DNA of 64,000 nucleotides from Phallusia mammillata (lineage: Eukaryota), in contig OZ281500.1 of the NCBI GenBank assembly GCA_965637545.1, positions 6,758,001 through 6,822,000 of the forward strand, in the 5' to 3' direction. Below are positions 56,701 through 64,000 of this stretch, one piece after another. Positions within the stretch are counted from its first letter, which is position 1. Each line of letters begins with the position of its first letter. The notes below the pieces were generated by a model. That model saw only the letters and a list, made by a program, of their open reading frames with translations. It had not been told where the DNA came from and did not search any database. The translations under genes were made by a program, and so were the position numbers.

Positions 56701-59700
56701 TTTGTTGCATGACCAAAATATTTATTTAAAACATAAAATACCTTTCTATTTTCAAGCTCATCTGAAAGCAATACAACAACTTTACAATTAGAATTCCAAA
56801 TTGTATCCCAAAACTTTTCAACACATTGTTTGTCGATGTGGCTACAAACAAGGTATTCGTTCATCATTTTGTAACCCTAAAATTTAAGTAAATATGAAGC
56901 AAATAACAAATATTTCTTGTAAATGTCATTCCTAGATACTCAACTTTTACACTATCCTATCTTTTGGCAATCATTCTCATGCAAATATTTTAATACAGGC
57001 AAATTTGGTTAATCACATATTCAGTTTGCAAAACAGTCTAGGTTCAGTGCAATTGGCAAAGTGTATTTCATGAAAGATTGGCAATGGAAGCACTCCCTAC
57101 AACATGGCATACATACATTTCTTTCTCTGTTTTATAGTCACAAAGAGCTTTTGAGAAGTATGTTCTTAAAAAGGAGTTGAAAGATGTAAATCCAGAGAAT
57201 AAGCGTTCGCACTTATAATCTTATGCCACACTTTTTTAACCTGATTGTAATGAAAAATTTTTCTACAGAAATCAAGATTCTTGTTTGATTCTAATTTTTT
57301 TTAAATCTGTATGATTTTCTAAACACATAATAGTCTACAGTTTGGAATTCAAGATTAACATGCTAATCAATAGACTATGCTATGAGTTTGATTCATCGTT
57401 TGTTACAATTCCTAATGATCAACTTTGGTTGGATTCACTACATGCTACAACTTTGTATTTTTTAACAAAAGACAAGACACCACATATTGCAATTAACTGA
57501 CCAAAACTTACATCCACATAAGAAAGGTCTATGCTTTGCACTGGTTGGTTTGGTGTTCTTGACATCGGTACACTGGCATCTGATTTTTCAACAACATTAC
57601 CTGATTAAACCGTAAAATAAAATAAAAAAAACACTTTGCCTTACATTCAGCAATGCTAGAAATCTCTGAGCATTTTCTGGAAAACTGAGGTTCATTTTCA
57701 TCTAACTTCTGCACAAAACAAATTTTTATTAAACGGGGGTATTTTAAACACTTACAAGAACGTTACCTTAAACTGGCGATACAATTTATTAAAATTGTTA
57801 TTGGTCATCTCATAATAGTAAGGCAATAAATTTGCCACAGAAACTTTTGTGGAATTCAGATTTTGTGGCATTTTGGAAATAGAGCTCATCTTTATAGTTT
57901 CTAAAATAAAGAACAATTGTTAATGAACATTTGCAATAAATAGGTATAAAATGCCATGTTACCTTTTTGGTCACAAGTATCATTGGTAGGTTTGGACCTG
58001 CTACAAGTATATAATATCATTATTTATTTTTAAAAAACAATAATTTGCAAAATGAATACTTTTTAAATGCATAGACAAAGATTCCCAAGAGCACAAAAAA
58101 TAGACAAGCTCCCAATACTATGACAGCAATCCATGCAGGGTCCAAAGCTACTTTCTGAGTTTCTAAAATCATAATTATTTTAAAGCACCTTTCTTTTTTT
58201 ACCTTAACCGATGAAAATCAAAGAAAACACACTTTTTTCACAACTTTCTCCATAGTATCCTTCTGGGCATTTGCACTCATGCAAAGATCCAATTGCAGAG
58301 CACAAAGTTCCATTTGGACAAGGACTGCTAGAACAGGGACCTAGTGAAATGTTGCATAAGTATAAACACACGAATTTATTTTTAATTACGAGGTTGTTAC
58401 CAAGACTGCAGTTTGTTCCTGTAAATCCTAGAGGACATGAACAATTGTACGACAAGCCATCTTCACTTGCAATACAAGTTTTCCCAGTTTTACAAGGGTT
58501 TGAGACTGTACAACCATCTGTAATGCATTTAAAATGTTAGTTTTTTTAAACAAGTGAAATCAAACTGGGTTTGCTTTAAAATTAATGAGATTTAAGAAAA
58601 CAACAATAACCTTTGATACAAATGAAGTTTCTTGACTTGTTCATTTCCATATCACTCCATTTTCCCAACAGGTTTGTAAAATTGTTGTTCCCACAAATAC
58701 TGTCAACTTTGTACATTTGAAGAGCAAACTGACTGCAATGCCCATTCGGGTTACTGCCAAACCAATTTCCATATGTTCCTGAGCAGTTGTTACTTAGACA
58801 TATTTCAGTGCCATCATTCCAAAGCCATGAACCAGTTAAATTGTCGCCACCAATCCAATAAATCATTTGCCAAGTGGCATTTTGACATGGAATCATAGGT
58901 CCAATATTAGTTAATAACTGATTGACAGACTGTTGAATAGTTTCATTTTTAATCATCAGCAATGTTGAATTCCGTTCAGTGCAGTAATGTTGGGCATCCT
59001 GGTAGTTCAACATTTTTTCATTGTAAAAGGAAAGCTCACTGCCCCCAAGGAATGATACTGTAAAGGCAATATGCATGTGCACTTTATAAACAGAGTTAAC
59101 TGTTGTCTTTGGCATTTTATAGCACATGAAAAAAAATTTGAGCTTGACAACAAATAAATTAAAACACAGTTACCAATATTGCAATTTGTTCCATATGTTC
59201 CATTTTTACACAAGCACTTGTGCCCATCACTACCATTTGATTGACAAGTTCCATCAAACAAACATGGTTCACTAGAGCATGGGTCTAAATAGAGTTTATT
59301 TTGTTAAATTCGGTACACAACATTATTAAGTTTTCAAGTCCTTAACCTGGTGTTATGTCTCCTCCAGAATAGTCAGGAACAATGCATGTGTAATTTCGAA
59401 AAGAGGGATTAAATATGCATTCTTCGTCACTTGTGCAAGTGTGATTTGTGCTACATGCATCTATTAGCAAAACAAGTCAGTTCATCAGCAATGTAAAACA
59501 TACCCATAAACTTCATATTTAGGTTATATTACTAAACGGATTGAAAAATGCATTTTAATGACCTGTAGTGCAGTTAATACCAAAATATCCATCAAGACAT
59601 AAACAGTTGTAGGAAAATCCATCTGCATGCTCGTTACAAAGTCCACCGTTTTGACATGGGTTGAAAATTTTGCACACATCTGAGAAAAAATTGACTAATA

Positions 59701-60788
59701 CTTTAAGGTAGCAAACCTAAATGCAATTAGCAGGACACTTGAAAAATATAGACCTATGGTCTAGCTTAGTGGTTCCCAACAAATTTCCCCCCTAATAATT
59801 CAAAACAATTTCATTTCTCCCCAACAGACTTCATAGTAGAAGCTAAACCAGTGGTTCCCTAGGGAGGAATTTTATGAGTTCAGGGGAGGAATTTCATAAA
59901 AACTGTAAAAAACGTACATTGGAAATATTACAGAACATTTTTGTATACACATAATTATATCCATTATAATTTAGACCCGGTTCACATTTGGAACCGGTTG
60001 TAAAGGATTCTGAAATGGACATCCCTAATTATAAGGTCTATTTCAAATTGCTATAATTTTTTATGTTATATTTGTTTTTCATCTTATGGGGAGGAATGAA
60101 TACTTCGAAAATGGGCAAAGGGAGGAATGTAACAAAAAAGGTTGGGAACCACTGAGCTAAACCATACAAAGTTTATTTAGTATTGGGCTAAATAAACTTT
60201 GTATCAACTTCACAAATTATATTTCCAGAGCTGAAGTGTCTATTGACAAACTACATGTACAATTTACAGCGTATTCCTTCCAGAAGTTTTACAATTCCTC
60301 CCGGTTAGAAACCACTGGTCCAGCTGTGTTTACCCACTCACGTTTTAAACATATAAAATTCATTTTCTTATCCAATGCTTCATCCTGCCACGTTCCAAGT
60401 AGATGACTGTAATTCGTTTTACTGCTACAAATGTCATTGACCATTAGTATGCTCAGTGCAGATTGGAAATCATTATTGGGATTTTGACCAAACCAATTTG
60501 AATACAAGTTGGTGCAGCTATTATTTGTACAAATTTCAGTTGAATCATCCCATGACCATGAGCCATTGGTGTTTGTGCCACCACTCCAATATGCCATATT
60601 CCATTTTGTATTTTGGCAAGTAATGTTTGGCTGAGTTTTGTTCAGCAAATCATCAATAACTCTTTGAATCTTTTCATTTTTTATTAACAATAATGTAGAA
60701 TTTAGTTCTTCACAGTATTGTTTGGCAGCAGAGTAATTGTACTTTGTATCATTGAAGAAATGCAATTCACTTCCACCAATAGATATTT
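53735..60788 (-). CDS. Receptor-type PTP-like protein: CTL-EGF3-CTL-EGF2-TM-PTP(D1)-PTP(D2); 5' signal exon not resolved
   Basis: In-frame GT-AG chain: CTL 60342-60788, three EGF/EGF-like exons (59174-59679), CTL 58611-59047, two EGF exons (58229-58518), TM exon 58060-58162 (WIAVIVLGACLFFVLLGIFVYAF), D1 (EKFWDTIW, KFWP, VICSDGCGRSG), D2 (KNRIDAVLP, VQCSDGSNRCG, QYRFLH), stop at 53735. Confidence 0.85.
59849..60154. mobile_element. hAT MITE in an intron of the lectin-PTP gene
   Basis: TIR CAGTGGTTCCC / GGGAACCACTG and a perfect 8-bp TSD AGCTAAAC (59841-59848, 60155-60162). Confidence 0.92.
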
Positions 60789-63409
60789 CTGCAAAAGAAA
60801 ATGTCATTTTCCAAATAAGATACACAACACAACTTTCACTGTACAAACAGTCTTACAATTTTGCACATTTAAGCCACAAATTCTGATCATGTTACCGCTA
60901 CAAGCATAAAACAACAAAAATACTAAAATTACTTTGCTTGTATGTGACTACAATGTTCCTTTTCAATTGGTTGGTCATCCAATTTAATTATATGTAGGCT
61001 AACGTAGGCCTACTGGTATACCAGTCTACCATTTCGCAACACACTTTCGTCTTTAAAGAAAAAAGTAACTTGTTCTCAGAGGACATGAAAAACTATACAA
61101 CTGTCCTCATTTTAAAATTCCCTGTGTTTAAGTTTGGGCATTTCAAAAACAGTAAAACTTTATTTTTGCTGCAACATTATGATAGGCCTATTTATTTCTA
61201 AGATTTGTCCTTATTTTCAAAGGTTATGTCTTAGAAAAGTTCATTGTCCTTATTTCTAAAAAATGTCCTTATTTTTGACTGTAGTCCTTATTTTGTCTTA
61301 TTTTCCACAATTACTATAGTCAAATCCCTGCTACAAGCAGAAGTGAACCTAGACCCGGCCCATTGTAAGATGCACTTAGTTTTTTGTACGAACAACGAGT
61401 TGCAGGAACAGATTGTTTGTGGCCAAAATATTGCAAATATTGTGTCATGGATCATATAAATGCAAAGATTTGTTCAAAAACGTTTGTTTCGTTTCGCATA
61501 ACAATTTCATTTTTTGGTTGTCCTTGTTTTTGGTTTCAAGTCGATGGCAACCCTGCCTATAATACACTACACAAAGTATAACTATAAACCATGTTCCACA
61601 CAACCTTTACACGCTTGAACCGAAAGCTTTGAATTTTTGCTTGCAGAAACTTTAGCGCGTTTTGTTCTCTCACATAGAAAACAAATGTATATAGAGGCAA
61701 AATACTCTTCACGACTTTTTGTAATTCATCAGCTGCCCAGCGGGTTATGGATAGCTACTGAACATAATAATTGTGACAGTTTTACTTTAAACCGTTTACA
61801 ATATTACTTTGGTATATGTACAAAATTATTTCATCACACCATACCCACCTACAAAATTAGCAGAAGTGCACAACCAAAAGGATAGAGATGTTGCCAACCA
61901 TATTAACGTTAAGAAACAAAGCCTTGTCATTTTTGGAAACAATCTCGTCCTGCAAGTTACCTGGGCTATTTATTACTGCCGTCGATGCATAAACGCAAAC
62001 ATAAAGTTAAACACGCAATGATTAACCAACCAGTCAACAAATCCGATCAATTGTGCAATGTTACAACAAATCCGTGTCACATTGTCTATGCATTATAAAC
62101 ATAGTCTATGGCATTATAAACAAACCCACGTCTTAATTGAAGACGTATTGACCTCCAAAATTAAAATCCGAGTCTGGTTGCTTGACGACTCGATCCATCG
62201 AGTCAAGCCGATGAGCCTAATTGGCAAAGAAACGAATCAGTTATCTTTAAACAACCGTACGTGGCATTGACACAAAACCAACAACAGTCCCAACAAACTG
62301 CAAACACAGGTAAAATTCACTGTGTTTAACGTTTTCGACAAATTCGCTCCTTTTGTCCCGAGAAAATCTCTATGACGGCTTTGTTTTACGGTTTGCAAAT
62401 AAATTGAGCAAAACAACACAAAAGCGACTTTCATATCAGCAATATAACTCTTGCGTGACATAATTGTGAAACGACATTGCCGCAAAAATCGATAGACAAA
62501 AACGTACCTGTACTCCTGTGGTCGCATATTGACTACGTTAAATTTAGTGTTTGTTTACCCATTTCTCACAGTGGCACAAAAGCAATTAAACAGTGAAAAT
62601 CAAGGCACTTTTTGGTCTCAAAACGGCTTGTAGGTTACATTTACGATTTTGACAAGGCAGTGCCGATAAAACGCATTGCTCGTTTTCCACACAACGTGAC
62701 TGGGCTATAGACAGAACCTCGACCATCAGCCCCCACCCCTAAGCTTATCCATATATGTAAGAAAAAACAACATAGGCCTATCCCGAAACGTGTAAAAAAC
62801 ATATCCCTTTCGCCAGAGGTCTCGTAAACCGCCTCTTAATTGAACAACCGTAGTTAGGTAACCCCTGTACCGTATTAAGACTTTCTTGCATGGGCAGTAT
62901 TTGTATTAAATAGGCAGTATTTTGTATTAAATAATTTGTATGTATAAATATATAGGCTTAAATTATATACAGTAACTTGCGTTGGCTAAAACGGGGCTCT
63001 TGCCCTTCGTACCTGCGCCCATGCCATCTTATATATTTGGAGGATAGATGACACAGCATGACTGCAAAATTTGTGTAGTATCAATTTATTGCAAATGCCT
63101 AAAGGTACATGAATTGTATGAAGTATTAAGAACCGCTTAAATCACCCAGTCGCTTAGGTATAAATGCATAATCACTGGTCTGAAACTGGTGTGTCTCCAC
63201 ATTTGTGATTTTTGCAGAGAACATTGATAAAATACAAAAAATATAAATCTAGCAAAACAGTGTAGAGAATTCTGAGCAAACATTTGAAGAATAGCACTGC
63301 ACAAAATGGGGCAAGAAATAGGTGAAAAATTTTAAGGTGAAAAGGGGAAAAACATTTTGTAGAGATTAATTTGTGAGAAATGACAAAAGTTGCATATGCA
63401 AGAAATGTT

Positions 63410-64000
63410 TCAAACAAAACCTATCAAACGAAAGACATAAACCCATTTTGCTTTGGTCAAGGCTGGATTTAGAACTGGCAATGTAATTTTAACACCACCA
63501 GGACTTATGGATTGCCATGTAAGCAGGGATGCACCTCCGACTAAATCAACAGAGGCAGAAGAAGTTGAAATTGGGGAACCCAACTCAAGAATGTTGGAAT
63601 CAGGCCATGAAAAACTGAAAGCATATACATGTTTTCCGTTCATGGTGTACCTGCAAACCAAAATGTATTTTAGGTTTGCACAAAGCTGGTTTTTATGCAG
63701 TTAGGTAAGTTAAATAAGTACCATAAAAGCCCCTCAAAAAAACAGCAGACATGTGGGGAATTACTTCAACCAAACCTGGTTGTATCCAATGGGTTAAGCC
63801 AGTGTTTCTTAACCCTTTTTTCTGTATTATTTTTCTGTTTTTCTGTATAAGACTTCATTTTTTAGCAAAATTGTATCGCTTTTTAAGTTCAAATAAAAAT
63901 ACATCAGTTTTAGTTATAGCTATAAGATATATAAGACATTTTTTTCCTAAAAAAACAAATGTCTCCAGGAAAAGAAAAACTTACCAAACATCCTTATTTG
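63410..64000 (-). CDS. FUCA: Alpha-L-fucosidase (GH29), last two exons; gene begins beyond the window
   Basis: Exon 63985-64000 (NKDVW) splices to 63410-63650 (YTMNGKHVYAFSFSWPDSNILELGSP...KWVYVFRLIGFV*), matching the FUCA1/2 C-terminus. Confidence 0.85.

Noticed and set aside
56880-57510. Apparent broken PTP exons with stops in all frames, suggesting a pseudogene
   Set aside because: The upstream exon ending ...SIDLSYVD splices in phase 0 directly to GYKMMNEYL..., so the interval is simply an intron and the gene is intact.
61022-61330. GTCCT-repeat element related to 32234-32426
   Set aside because: The ends are degenerate and there is no TSD, so boundaries cannot be supported.
63800-63983. 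hAT MITE starting CAGTGTTTCTTAACC in the FUCA intron
   Set aside because: No matching right TIR before the next exon; a remnant only.

Overview
AT-rich, gene-dense eukaryotic DNA with very short spliceosomal introns (many 40-90 nt). It is most like a compact invertebrate-chordate genome, probably a tunicate/ascidian; this is inference from gene content and intron size. Gene order: cortactin (-, truncated at window start); an unannotated 3-exon InaF-motif microprotein (+); DCAF13 (-); TMEM70 (+); intronless DDX5/DDX17 (-); ATR (+); PDIA6 (+); RPL30 (-), hosting three H/ACA snoRNAs and a complete intronless eIF2-alpha (EIF2S1) gene nested on the same strand in intron 3; a bestrophin with a very long C-tail (+); three Mu-like GSTs; a receptor-type tyrosine-phosphatase-like gene with a C-type-lectin/EGF ectodomain (-); and the 3' end of alpha-L-fucosidase (-). 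Introns carry several hAT-type MITEs, a tandem-repeat Helentron-like element and a tRNA-derived SINE. Top leads: (1) the RPL30/snoRNA/eIF2-alpha nested transcription unit, where one pre-mRNA may be partitioned between a ribosomal protein and an initiation factor; (2) two 158-nt mutually exclusive exons that swap the ATR kinase hinge region; (3) a lectin/EGF receptor with two probably inactive PTP domains; (4) an in-frame TAG in an otherwise conserved GST. Exon boundaries were read by eye, and no database searches were run.
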